The translations under genes and the position numbers were made by a program. This document shows, in pieces, positions 47,299-56,407 of a stretch of 64,000 bases of DNA. Position 1 is the first letter of the stretch. Every line of letters begins with the position of its first letter. Below the pieces are notes generated by a model. It was not told where the DNA came from, made no database searches, and saw nothing but the letters and a program-made list of their open reading frames with translations. The stretch lies in the NCBI GenBank assembly GCA_964638635.1, contig CAZXAQ010000003.1:32133-96132 (forward strand). The letters run 5' to 3'. The DNA is from an uncultured Flavobacteriaceae bacterium. GTDB lineage: Bacteria > Pseudomonadota > Alphaproteobacteria > Micropepsales > Micropepsaceae.

Positions 47299-48090
47299 TT
47301 CCTTCTCGGGTAGCGCCAACCGGTCGGCGACGGCGAAGAACACGGCCGGGTTCACGCCGAGGCCGCAATGGCTCACCGTGTTGTAGACCTCGATGTTGTC
47401 CGTGTGCTTCGATTTCTTCTCGACGCACATCTGCCAAGCGACAACGCCGTCGCCCTTGGAGTAAATCGCGGTCGTGGGAATGCCCTTCGGCGCTTCGGAA
47501 AGATTGTCGAACGCCTCTTGCATCGTTTGCGGGTCGAGCTCCTGGCCCGTTACCGCTTGATAGATGCGCCACACATGATTGGCGCGCGGATTGGCGCCGA
47601 ACGGCGAGCCCAACGTGATCACCTGGCGCACGTATTTCGGATACCGCTTGGCGAGCTCGCGCGACATGATTCCGCCAAGGCTCCAGCCCACAAGGCTGAC
47701 CTTGCGCTTCGACTTGCGGTAAATCGACTCAAGCCGCTGGCCGAGCAACTCGCCTTCGGGCCCAATCGCGTGCGGCCCCAAATTGCGGCCGAGGCCCCAA
47801 CAATGCGTGTCGTAGCTCTTGCCGGTCAGGAACCGCCGCAACGGCGCTGTCGTCCCACCGCCTGCCAAAAACCCGGGCAGCACCATGACCGGATGTCCGT
47901 CACCCGATGGCGCGAAACTGAGCAGTGGGGAGGCCCCCTGCAGGCTCAGGAAATCGCCAACCGCCCGTCCGGCCTCAGTGAGGGCCAGAACAAGGGAAGG
48001 CGGCTTGATCCTCTCAACGCCAAGCGATGCAGCGTCTACAACGGCCATCTTTAAGCCCCCGCTACCTGTGCGAGTCATGACACTCGACAC
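47233..48090 (-). CDS. Alpha/beta hydrolase (esterase/lipase-like)
   Basis: GWSLGG nucleophile elbow. Confidence 0.75.
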   Translation of the reverse strand: MSSVMTRTGSGGLKMAVVDAASLGVERIKPPSLVLALTEAGRAVGDFLSLQGASPLLSFAPSGDGHPVMVLPGFLAGGGTTAPLRRFLTGKSYDTHCWGLGRNLGPHAIGPEGELLGQRLESIYRKSKRKVSLVGWSLGGIMSRELAKRYPKYVRQVITLGSPFGANPRANHVWRIYQAVTGQELDPQTMQEAFDNLSEAPKGIPTTAIYSKGDGVVAWQMCVEKKSKHTDNIEVYNTVSHCGLGVNPAVFFAVADRLALPEKEWAPFDRNVSTWRRFAYPSSGH

Positions 48091-48240
48091 ACTCTAGACG
48101 CTAGGGTCAATCGGGGGCACTTGCCAAGCCCGCCTGGCGAAACAAGCAGCGGTAAATCAAAGGGTTGCATGGAGTACAATCGCCCCGCTAGAGTCGTCTC
48201 TATCGTTAGAGATAGGGTGCAGTTTGTGCGGCTGCGAGGG

Positions 48241-48906
48241 ATGGTTTCGATGTCGGACGGCTATGAGACCGCCGAAGCACGCCGCGGGGCTTGGGAAAAC
48301 CGCATGTCGAGGCGTGAACGCAAAAAGCTAGAAACCCGCCGGCGCATCCTCGATGCGGCCCTGCGGCTGATGGCAGACAAGCCTTACGATCAGGTCCGTA
48401 TCGAAGACATTTGCACCGAAGCGGATGTCGCAAATGCTACGTTTTTCCTACACTTTCCGAACAAATCGGCCCTTGTGCTCGCCTACAACGAAGACGTCGC
48501 GGCAAAGGTCGAAGAGAAGCTTGCGAGCGACGGCCTCGACGCATCGGGACGGCTGCAGATGCTGCTGAAGGTCTATCTGGCCGAGTGGGGCACGCACAGC
48601 CATCTGATGCGCCAAATCGTCCTGGAACTGATCTCCCAGCCAGCCTCTGGCGCCACGTTCAACGAGGTCTCCCCGGGCCTCCTGGCGCTCGTGGGCGACA
48701 TCGTACGCGATGGTCAAAAATCAGGCGAGTTCAGCAAGAAAATTGGGCCAGAAACTGCTGCTCTGGCGCTCATTGCTGCCTGGAATGCACTCGCCATCAC
48801 CTGGGCGAAAACCGGCGACACCAAGCACACCGCCGAGGCACATTGGCAGACGCTGGAGGTCTTTTTGAACGGTCTCCGGGTGCGCGACGGACTGTCGCGC
48901 CAGTAA
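48241..48906 (+). CDS. TetR-family transcriptional regulator
   Basis: RRRILDAALRLMADKPYDQVRIEDICTEADVANATFFLHFPNKSALV (TetR HTH). Confidence 0.85.
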   Translation: MVSMSDGYETAEARRGAWENRMSRRERKKLETRRRILDAALRLMADKPYDQVRIEDICTEADVANATFFLHFPNKSALVLAYNEDVAAKVEEKLASDGLDASGRLQMLLKVYLAEWGTHSHLMRQIVLELISQPASGATFNEVSPGLLALVGDIVRDGQKSGEFSKKIGPETAALALIAAWNALAITWAKTGDTKHTAEAHWQTLEVFLNGLRVRDGLSRQ

Positions 48907-48953
48907 CTCTAGTCAGTTTCCATCAGAGAATAATCAATGTTTTTCGCAGAAAT

Positions 48954-48980
48954 TGAACGGTGACGGAATGTCACCGATCA
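48954..48980. promoter_or_regulatory. Candidate TetR operator: TGAACGGTGAC-ggaat-GTCACCGATCA
   Basis: 7-bp perfect arms (48958-48976), extendable to 11-bp arms with one mismatch. Lies in an AT-richer spacer between tetR and the WS/DGAT gene. A second palindrome GTGCAaTGCAC is at 48986-48996. Confidence 0.4.
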
Positions 48981-49165
48981 CTTTTGTGCAATGCACCATT
49001 GAACCTCACTCCATTTTCTTATATGCACCTGCGAAGAGACGAAAGCGGGAAACAACCCGCACCGTCTGGCGTTAACCCGGCGATGGCGTGAGAATTTCTC
49101 CGGGGCTGATGAGTCAATTTGGCAACAGGCCTAACGGACGAACAAAAGAATCAAAGGGCAGGAAA

Positions 49166-50710
49166 ATGGAACAACTCTCACCGATGGACACGGGGTTCCT
49201 CTACCTCGAAACGCCGCGCACGCCGATGCATATCGGCTCCATTGCCATCTACGACCCGTCGACCGCGCCGAACAGCTTCGTGCGCTTCAAGGACATTCTG
49301 GGCCACATTGAAGAACGCCTGCATTTGGCGAAGAGCTTTCGCCGCAAGCTCGCGAACGTTCCGCTGAGCCTCGATTATCCGTATTGGGTCGACGATCCCG
49401 ACTTCGACCTCGAATATCATGTACGCCACATCGCACTTCCCCAACCGGGCGACTGGCGCCAGCTCTGCATCCAAGCCGCACGTTTGCACTCGCGCCCGAT
49501 GGATCTCTCGAAGCCCCTCTGGGAATTCACGGTCATCGAAGGGCTGAACAACATTCCGGGTGTGCCGAAGGGCTCCTACGCGATCGTCTCGAAGATTCAC
49601 CACGCCGCGATCGACGGCGTCTCCGGCGTCGACATCATGAACGCCGTGCACAGCCTTGATCCGGTCGGTGCGGTGAACCCGCCCGACCGCCCCTGGATTC
49701 CTGAGCGCACGCCGACCTCGGTCGAGTTGCTCGCCCGCGCGCAGATCAACACGCTCGCGACGCCCGTTCGCCTCGCGCGCCTCGCCGGCGACGTGGCACC
49801 CGGTCTCGTGAAGTCGGCCTTGGGCCTCATCCGTGGCAACTTCCGCACCTCGATCGGCCGCGTGCCGCGCACGCGCTTCAACGGCTCGGTGACGCAGAAC
49901 CGCGTCGTCGACGGCCGCGACTTCTCGCTGGGCGACATCAAGGACATCCGCGCCCGCTGGCAAGGTGCCACCGTCAACGACGCGATCGTCGCGATCTGCG
50001 GCGGCGCAATGCGCAAATACCTCAAGGGTAAGAGCGAGCTTCCCTCGGAATCGCTGGTCGCCATGGCCCCGATCTCCGTCCGCGCCAAAGACGAACGCGG
50101 CGCGCTCGGCAACCAAGTTGCCGCGATGACGATCCCGATCGGCACGCACATCGCCGACCCGTTCGGCCGCATGCAATACGTGCACGAGGAAGCGGAAAAC
50201 TCGAAGGCGCTGACGAACGCCGCCGGCGCGCGTCAGATGACCGAGTACGCCCGCCTGATGCCCTCGACGCTGTCGGGCCTCGCCGCGCGCCTCTATGTGC
50301 GCCTCGGCATGGCGAACCGCATCGCCCCGATGTTCAACACGGTGATCACGAACATCCCGGGCCCGCCGATCCCGCTCTATATGAATGGCGCGCGCCTCGT
50401 CGCGCAGTTCGGCTTAGGTCCGGTGTTCGAAGGCATGGGCATCATCCACCCGGTCTTCAGCTACTGCGGCCGCATCTCGGTGGCGTTCACCTCCGACCGC
50501 TCGATCATGCCGGATCCGGAGAACTACGCGAACTGCCTGCAGGAATCGTTCGAAGAACTGAAAGCGGCCGCGCTGAAGAAGCCGATCCCCGCGCCAAAGG
50601 TCGAACCGGTTCCGGTCGCGATCGTCTCCGAAACGCCGGGGCCCGCCAAGAAGAAATCGAAGCCCCGTAAGCGCAAGCCGAAGCTCACCATCGTTTCGGC
50701 CGCCGAGTAA
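49166..50710 (+). CDS. Wax ester synthase / acyl-CoA:diacylglycerol acyltransferase (WS/DGAT)
   Basis: MEQLSPMDTGFLYLE N-terminus and catalytic HHAAIDGVSG (HHxxxDG). Unusual Lys/Pro-rich C-terminal tail. Confidence 0.9.
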   Translation: MEQLSPMDTGFLYLETPRTPMHIGSIAIYDPSTAPNSFVRFKDILGHIEERLHLAKSFRRKLANVPLSLDYPYWVDDPDFDLEYHVRHIALPQPGDWRQLCIQAARLHSRPMDLSKPLWEFTVIEGLNNIPGVPKGSYAIVSKIHHAAIDGVSGVDIMNAVHSLDPVGAVNPPDRPWIPERTPTSVELLARAQINTLATPVRLARLAGDVAPGLVKSALGLIRGNFRTSIGRVPRTRFNGSVTQNRVVDGRDFSLGDIKDIRARWQGATVNDAIVAICGGAMRKYLKGKSELPSESLVAMAPISVRAKDERGALGNQVAAMTIPIGTHIADPFGRMQYVHEEAENSKALTNAAGARQMTEYARLMPSTLSGLAARLYVRLGMANRIAPMFNTVITNIPGPPIPLYMNGARLVAQFGLGPVFEGMGIIHPVFSYCGRISVAFTSDRSIMPDPENYANCLQESFEELKAAALKKPIPAPKVEPVPVAIVSETPGPAKKKSKPRKRKPKLTIVSAAE

Positions 50711-50716
50711 GCACGC

Positions 50717-51625
50717 ATGCCGCAAGTCAAAGCCAACACCCTGACGATCGAGTACGAGGACATGGGGCCGAAGGACGGCCCCGTGATTCTCCTCGTCATG
50801 GGACTTGCGGCGCAAATGACGTTCTGGCCGGACGCGATGTTGAAGGCGTTCACGGATGCGGGCTTCCGCGTCATCCGCTTCGACAACCGCGACATCGGCC
50901 TGACCTCGAAGCTGCACGGCAAGCGCGCGCCGAACCCGATCGTGCAAACGGCGGCGCGCGTCATCGGGTTCACGGGCCTCGCACCCTACACGCTGCACGA
51001 TATGGTGAAAGACACCGTCGGCCTTTTGGACGCGCTCAAGATCAAGAAGGCCCACCTCGTCGGCGTCTCGATGGGCGGCATGATCTCGCAGCTGATGGCG
51101 GGCACGCATCCGGACCGCGTCGCCTCCTTGACTTCGATCATGTCGGGCACGCTGAACCCGCGTCTGCCGGGCCCGAGCGCACGCATCACAATGCCGCTGT
51201 TCCTAAACCGCCCGAAATCGACCACACGCGACGACATCATTAAGCGCACCGTCGAGATGTGGAGCCTGATCCGCACCGAAGGCGACGATCACAGCGAAAT
51301 CGAAGCGAAGCTCGCGCACGCGTTCGATCGCTCGTACTATCCGGCCGGCGTACGGCGGCAACTCGCCGCAATTATTGCAACGGGCGACATTCGACCCCAC
51401 CTGAAGAAGATCACGGCGCCCACGCTCGTGATTCACGGCTCGAAGGACCCCTTGGCGCCGCTTGAAGGCGGCAAAGACTCGGCGCGCACGATTCCCGGCG
51501 CCCGGCTCGAAATCATCGAAGGCATGGCGCACGACCTGCCGAAAAAGTTTCTCCCGCGGATCACCGCGCTGATCGTCGATCACGCGAAGTCCGCGGAGAA
51601 AGCCGTCGCAAAACGCGCGGCATAG
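50717..51625 (+). CDS. Alpha/beta hydrolase
   Basis: GVSMGG nucleophile elbow. 6 nt after the WS/DGAT gene. Confidence 0.85.
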   Translation: MPQVKANTLTIEYEDMGPKDGPVILLVMGLAAQMTFWPDAMLKAFTDAGFRVIRFDNRDIGLTSKLHGKRAPNPIVQTAARVIGFTGLAPYTLHDMVKDTVGLLDALKIKKAHLVGVSMGGMISQLMAGTHPDRVASLTSIMSGTLNPRLPGPSARITMPLFLNRPKSTTRDDIIKRTVEMWSLIRTEGDDHSEIEAKLAHAFDRSYYPAGVRRQLAAIIATGDIRPHLKKITAPTLVIHGSKDPLAPLEGGKDSARTIPGARLEIIEGMAHDLPKKFLPRITALIVDHAKSAEKAVAKRAA

Positions 51626-51666
51626 ACTGACCTTGAAACCCTGGTTGAAGACGGAGACGAAAGACA

Positions 51667-52095
51667 ATGACGAAAGCGAAAAAGAAGGCGAACGGCCGCA
51701 CGAAGGCCCAGCCGAAGTTCGAGACGTTTGCCGACATGAACGGCGTGCGCAACCAAGCGACGCACTTCGTCGCCCGCGTGCAGGACGGTCTGCGCGACGC
51801 CGGCGAAGCGTTCCGCGAAGCGGGCGAAGCGCTCAGCCACGAAGGCCGCAAGGTCGCGCTGAAGCTCGTCGACAACACGCAAGACAACGTTGTGTGGAGC
51901 TTCGAAGCTCTGCGCGACACGCTCCAGGCTGAGACCTTCGCCGATGCGGTGAAGATTCAACAGCACGCCGTGACGGAGCTCTTCCGCCGCTCGATCCGCC
52001 AGATCCGCGAAGTCAGCGAGATCGTCGGCTCCAGCGGTCAGAAGACCATCAAGCCGATCACGAAGTTCGTCGCTTCAGTCCGCCGCGCGGCCTAA
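51667..52095 (+). CDS. Phasin-family (granule or lipid-body associated) protein
   Basis: Helical, phasin-like region ...NVVWSFEALRDTLQAETFADAVKIQQHAVTELFRRSIRQ. Basic N-terminus. Confidence 0.6.
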   Translation: MTKAKKKANGRTKAQPKFETFADMNGVRNQATHFVARVQDGLRDAGEAFREAGEALSHEGRKVALKLVDNTQDNVVWSFEALRDTLQAETFADAVKIQQHAVTELFRRSIRQIREVSEIVGSSGQKTIKPITKFVASVRRAA

Positions 52096-52186
52096 GCGAA
52101 AAAGGGGCTCCGTCTAAACCACTCCCCCGTGCGGACAACCGCGCGGGGGAGCTTTGCGGAAGGCCCAAAAAAAGGGGATGCGTTCG

Positions 52187-53047
52187 ATGCCCCGTGCCAA
52201 GAAAAAGGCCGCACCGAAAAAGCCGACGCTCATGGGCGAGCGTGAGTTGGGCCGCGTGCTCATCACCGGCGCCTCCGCCGGCATCGGTGCCGAACTCGCC
52301 CGCGAATTCGCCAAACACGGACACCATCTGGTTCTCGTCGCCCGTAGCGAAGACAAGCTGATGGCGCTTGCCGGCGAACTGAACGCCGGCCACGACACCG
52401 ACGCCCTCGTTATTGCAGCCGATCTTGCAACGCCCGAGGGCCCCAAAGCCATCGTCGAAACGCTGCACGATCACGGCGTCGAGATCGACATCCTGGTCAA
52501 CAACGCGGGCATCATCGACGTCGGCCCGTTCTCGGACACGGATGCGGAGAAATTCCAGCAGATGGTCGCGCTGAATATTGGTGCGCTGACGACGCTGACT
52601 TCGCTGCTGTTACCGCACATGCTGGAACGCCGCTTCGGCCGCATTCTGAACGTGGCCTCGCTGGCCGCCTTCCAACCGATTCCCTCGATGGCAGTCTACG
52701 CCGCCAGCAAAGCCTACGTGCTCTCGCTCACGGAATCGCTGAGCGAAGAACTGCGCGGCACCGGCGTGCGCGTGACCGCGCTCTGCCCCGGCCTCACCGA
52801 TACGAACATGGTGGCGGAAGTGAAAGCGCAATCCGAAACCGCGCAAGCGATGCCGTCGTTCCTGATCTCGAACCCCAAAGAAGTCGCCGCCCAAGCCTAC
52901 AAAGCGACGATGTCGGGCCAAACGATCCTGGTCCCCGGCCTCCCCAACCAACTCGCGGCCGCCTGGGCCCAAGTGAACCCACGCTGGGTCGTCCGCACCG
53001 TGACGGGCTTCTGGGCAAGACAAACGGATTGGATGAAGGCGAAGTAA
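52187..53047 (+). CDS. SDR-family oxidoreductase
   Basis: TGASAGIG cofactor motif, NNAG, YAASKAY catalytic motif. Start uncertain (52154, 52178, 52187 or a later Met). Confidence 0.9.
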   Translation: MPRAKKKAAPKKPTLMGERELGRVLITGASAGIGAELAREFAKHGHHLVLVARSEDKLMALAGELNAGHDTDALVIAADLATPEGPKAIVETLHDHGVEIDILVNNAGIIDVGPFSDTDAEKFQQMVALNIGALTTLTSLLLPHMLERRFGRILNVASLAAFQPIPSMAVYAASKAYVLSLTESLSEELRGTGVRVTALCPGLTDTNMVAEVKAQSETAQAMPSFLISNPKEVAAQAYKATMSGQTILVPGLPNQLAAAWAQVNPRWVVRTVTGFWARQTDWMKAK

Positions 53048-53095
53048 GTCAAAGAGTCGACTGCGCAGCTCTGCGTCGCCCCACCGCCCCCCAAC

Positions 53096-53412
53096 ATCGT
53101 CATGGCCGGGCAAGCGAAGCGCGACCCGGCCACCCAGGGTCCGCGCACATGCGTCAAAGCCGAAACGTTCCTTCGAAGCAGTCGCCGCGGCGATTCAAGG
53201 CGTCTCACGCGAAGCCGCGAAGAAACACCCGAAGCGCCAATCCTAACTTCGCATCCTTCGCGGCTTCGCGTGAGACATTTCTTTCTGACGTCAACGCCTC
53301 ATCCGACCGCGCGACACGGCACCAGCATCTTGGCGCCCTTGGCGTTTCTGTCACGACTTTGCCCGCGACCCTGGGTGGCCGGGTCGCGCTTCGCTTGCCC
53401 GGCCATGACGAT
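53096..53412. repeat. Non-coding element with nested perfect inverted repeats (46-bp outer, 21-bp inner); MITE/REP-like or structured RNA
   Basis: 53096-53141 is the exact reverse complement of 53367-53412. 53202-53222 is the exact reverse complement of 53256-53276. Each outer arm also contains its own GGCCGGG..CCCGGCC hairpin. Lies between convergent gene ends. Confidence 0.85.
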
Positions 53413-53448
53413 TCATTTCCCGCTGTGGCGAACGTTCCGCCGAAACGC

Positions 53449-53832
53449 TCATCCCGGCGCCCGGTGACACACCGCCTGAATCTTGTTCCCGTCCGGATCG
53501 CGCACATACGCGCCGTAGTAGTTCTTGTGGTAGTGCGGCCGCGGACCCGGTGCACCTTCGTCCGTTCCGCCACTCGCGAGCGCCGCCGCATGGAACGCGT
53601 CGACCGTGGCGCGATCTTGCGCGAGGAACGCGACGTGCACGCCGTTGCCGGACCGCGCCGGCTTGCCGTCGAACGGCGGCACGATGAACACCTTCGGTCC
53701 CGTCGGCGTGCCGTAAGCGGCGGTTCCACCCGCCTTGAACATCACCGGATGGCCGAGCACCGCCATCACCGCATCGTAAAACGCCTCCGCCCTCGCATAG
53801 TCGTTCGTTCCCAACGTCACGTGACTGAACAT
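53449..53832 (-). CDS. VOC/glyoxalase-family protein
   Basis: MFSHVTLGTNDYARAEAFYDAV...VHVAF...YGAYVRDPDGNKI. ATG at 53832. Confidence 0.8.
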   Translation of the reverse strand: MFSHVTLGTNDYARAEAFYDAVMAVLGHPVMFKAGGTAAYGTPTGPKVFIVPPFDGKPARSGNGVHVAFLAQDRATVDAFHAAALASGGTDEGAPGPRPHYHKNYYGAYVRDPDGNKIQAVCHRAPG

Positions 53833-53951
53833 CGCTCGTCTCCAATTCCCGGCAATCCACTTTGCACAAAGGCCATCCGATCCGCTACTACACACGCGAC
53901 ACCGGAGCGACGAATGCTTCTTCTGCACGCCAACAGCCGCGACCAAGCCTG

Positions 53952-54611
53952 ATGCGCGGCGCTCAAAGCGCTGCACTGCGCGCCATGGAAGAACCACCAC
54001 GCGACTGCGCGCTCTGCCCGCGCCTCGCAAAATACCGCGCCGACAACGCGAAGAAGGAGCCGACCTGGTTCAACGCCCCGGTCCCAAGCTTCGGCAAAGC
54101 GGACGCGCGCCTCCTGATCGTGGGCCTCGCCCCCGGCGTCGGCGGCGCCAACCGCACCGGCCGCCCGTTTACCGGCGACTACGCCGGCGAGCTGCTCTAC
54201 GGCACGCTGCTCAAATACGGCTTCGCGCGCGGCAAATATCTCGCACGCCCCGACGACGGCCTCGAACTCGTCGACTGCCGCATCACGAACGCCGTCCGCT
54301 GCGTGCCCCCCGAAAACAAACCGACCCCCGAAGAAGCCACGACCTGCCGCGTCTTCCTCACCGCCACCCTCGAAGGCATGCCGAACCTCAAAGCGATCGT
54401 GGCCTTGGGCCGCGTCGCCCACGATGCCACACTGCGCGCCTTCGCCCGCAAACTCAGCGCCCACACCTTCGCCCACAACGCCAAACACGACCTCGGCCGC
54501 GTCACGCTGATCGATAGCTTCCACTGCTCCCGCTACAACACGAACACCGGCAAGCTCACGACCGAGATGTTCGAGGCCGTTTTCGCAGACGCGCACGCCC
54601 TTCTCCGCTGA
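53952..54611 (+). CDS. Uracil-DNA glycosylase superfamily protein (family 4/5-like)
   Basis: CxLCPRL cluster and GLAPGVGGANRTGRPFTGD motif. Start 53952 or 53985. Confidence 0.8.
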   Translation: MRGAQSAALRAMEEPPRDCALCPRLAKYRADNAKKEPTWFNAPVPSFGKADARLLIVGLAPGVGGANRTGRPFTGDYAGELLYGTLLKYGFARGKYLARPDDGLELVDCRITNAVRCVPPENKPTPEEATTCRVFLTATLEGMPNLKAIVALGRVAHDATLRAFARKLSAHTFAHNAKHDLGRVTLIDSFHCSRYNTNTGKLTTEMFEAVFADAHALLR

Positions 54612-54681
54612 ATGCGACGGCCGTCACAGAGCCCGTCAAGATCTCGAACGGTGCGTTGACAAAAATCCGCCGCAGGTGGAT

Positions 54682-54703
54682 TGTGAGTGAGTACTCACTC
54701 ACA
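54682..54703. promoter_or_regulatory. 22-bp perfect palindrome TGTGAGTGAGTACTCACTCACA, candidate operator for the co-transcribed TetR
   Basis: Lies between a TTGACA hexamer (54656-54661) and the GGAGA RBS (54706-54710) of the desaturase gene. Confidence 0.5.
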
Positions 54704-54716
54704 CCGGAGACGCCCC

Positions 54717-55850
54717 ATGTCCGCCCAAGTGACGTACCCACAACAGAGCGCCGCGCCGCGTACTTTGGCCGCGACTCTACCCCAGACACGCATCCACTTC
54801 GACCCCGTTTCCGAAAACGGCTTCTATGTGAAATTGAAGGAGCGGGTTGATGCCTACATGAAGGACAAGCACCCCGACGGCGGCTTCTTCGTCGCGGGCA
54901 AAGCCGCAGCCTATCTGGCGTTCGCGATCGCGCTCTACCTGCTCGTTCTCTTCGGCCAATTTTCCGGCGCCATCACCCTCGCGCTCGCCATCGCCGCTGG
55001 TGTTTCGACGATCCTGATGGCGATCAACGCCGGCCACGATGGCGCGCACAACATTGTCTCGCGCCATCGCTGGCTGAACCAAGCGGCGCTAAACGCATCG
55101 TTCACGCTCGTCGGCGTCGATCCCGATCTCTGGCAGCTCCGCCACGCGAAATCGCACCACATCTTTCCGAACGTGAACGGCTGCGACATCGATATCGACA
55201 GCAACATGTTCCTGCGCCTATCGCCGAACCACCCGCGCCGCTGGTATCAGCGCTGGCAGCACATCTATGCGCCCGTCCTCTATGCGATCGTGGGCTTCCA
55301 CTCGGCATTCATCCAGGACTTTCAATACCTGTTCAAGACCGAGCTCGCGAACCTGAAGAACATCAAGCACAAGCCCGGCTTCTACGTCGCCTTCGTCCTG
55401 CGCAAAATCGTCTACGCGACACTCGTGTTCGCAATCCCCCTGATGGTTCTGCCGTTTGCCTGGTGGCAAATCGTCCTCGGCGCGTTGCTGATGAACGCCG
55501 TCGCCTCGTTCGTCTTCGTCAGCATGTTGATCGGCACGCATTTCGCCGAAGAGGTGACGTTCCCGCATCCCGACGAGACCGGCGCGCTCGGCCACGACTT
55601 CGCGACCCACGCGCTAGAAACATCGCTCGACTGGAACCCGCAAAGCCGCCTGGCGCAGATCGTAGCCGGCGGCGCGAACGCGCACGCGGCGCACCACCTC
55701 TTCCCGCACGTCTCGCACCGGCACTACGTCCCTATCTCGAAAATGATCGAGGAAACCGCGCGCGAATTCGGCATCCGCTACAATCGCACGACGTTCTTCG
55801 GTCTGATACGCTCCCACTTCACGTTCTTAAGGCGCATGGGAGCCGGATGA
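54717..55850 (+). CDS. Membrane fatty-acid desaturase
   Basis: Three His boxes: HDGAH, HAKSHHIFPN, HAAHHLFPHVSH. Four or more TM segments. Confidence 0.85.
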   Translation: MSAQVTYPQQSAAPRTLAATLPQTRIHFDPVSENGFYVKLKERVDAYMKDKHPDGGFFVAGKAAAYLAFAIALYLLVLFGQFSGAITLALAIAAGVSTILMAINAGHDGAHNIVSRHRWLNQAALNASFTLVGVDPDLWQLRHAKSHHIFPNVNGCDIDIDSNMFLRLSPNHPRRWYQRWQHIYAPVLYAIVGFHSAFIQDFQYLFKTELANLKNIKHKPGFYVAFVLRKIVYATLVFAIPLMVLPFAWWQIVLGALLMNAVASFVFVSMLIGTHFAEEVTFPHPDETGALGHDFATHALETSLDWNPQSRLAQIVAGGANAHAAHHLFPHVSHRHYVPISKMIEETAREFGIRYNRTTFFGLIRSHFTFLRRMGAG

Positions 55851-56407
55851 CGCATTCCACCAAGACCCGGATCGTGGAGGCCGCGCTCGGCCTCTTCGTC
55901 CGCAAGGGCGTGATCCAAACCACGACGAAGGACATCGCCGCTGCCGCCGGCATCGCGGAAGGCACGATCTATCGCCACTTCGAAAGCAAGGACGAACTGG
56001 TGGAACACCTGTTCGTCGCGAACTACGTCCCACTCGCCAAAACACTCGACACGATTCAGCGCCACAGCGCGACGACGATGCGCAAGCTCGAATCGATCGT
56101 CCGCCACCTCTACAAGACGTTCGACGAAGACCCGACGCTCTTCACGTTCATGCTGATCACCCAGCACGACGCCGTCGACAAGGTGCCGGTCGGCACGACG
56201 ACACCCGTCGCCGTCGTGCGCAAAATCATCAAGGAAGGCATGAAGCAAGGTTCCGTCCGCACGATGGACGCGCAAACGGCAACCCACCTCGCCGTCGGTC
56301 TGATCCTGCAGCCCGCCTCCGCCCACATTCACGGCGAACTCGCGGGCCCCTTGACCCAACGCGCAACCGACGTGGTCGCGGCGCTCGACCGTCTACTTCG
56401 CCCCTGA
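55847..56407 (+). CDS. TetR-family transcriptional regulator
   Basis: ATG overlaps the desaturase stop (ATGA). RIVEAALGLFVRKGVIQTTTKDIAAAAGIAEGTIYRHFESKDELV. Confidence 0.9.
   Translation: MTHSTKTRIVEAALGLFVRKGVIQTTTKDIAAAAGIAEGTIYRHFESKDELVEHLFVANYVPLAKTLDTIQRHSATTMRKLESIVRHLYKTFDEDPTLFTFMLITQHDAVDKVPVGTTTPVAVVRKIIKEGMKQGSVRTMDAQTATHLAVGLILQPASAHIHGELAGPLTQRATDVVAALDRLLRP

Noticed and set aside
53096-53412. Insertion sequence
   Set aside because: Terminal inverted repeats are present, but the 225-bp interior has no transposase ORF. It could at most be a non-autonomous MITE-like element and is reported as a repeat.
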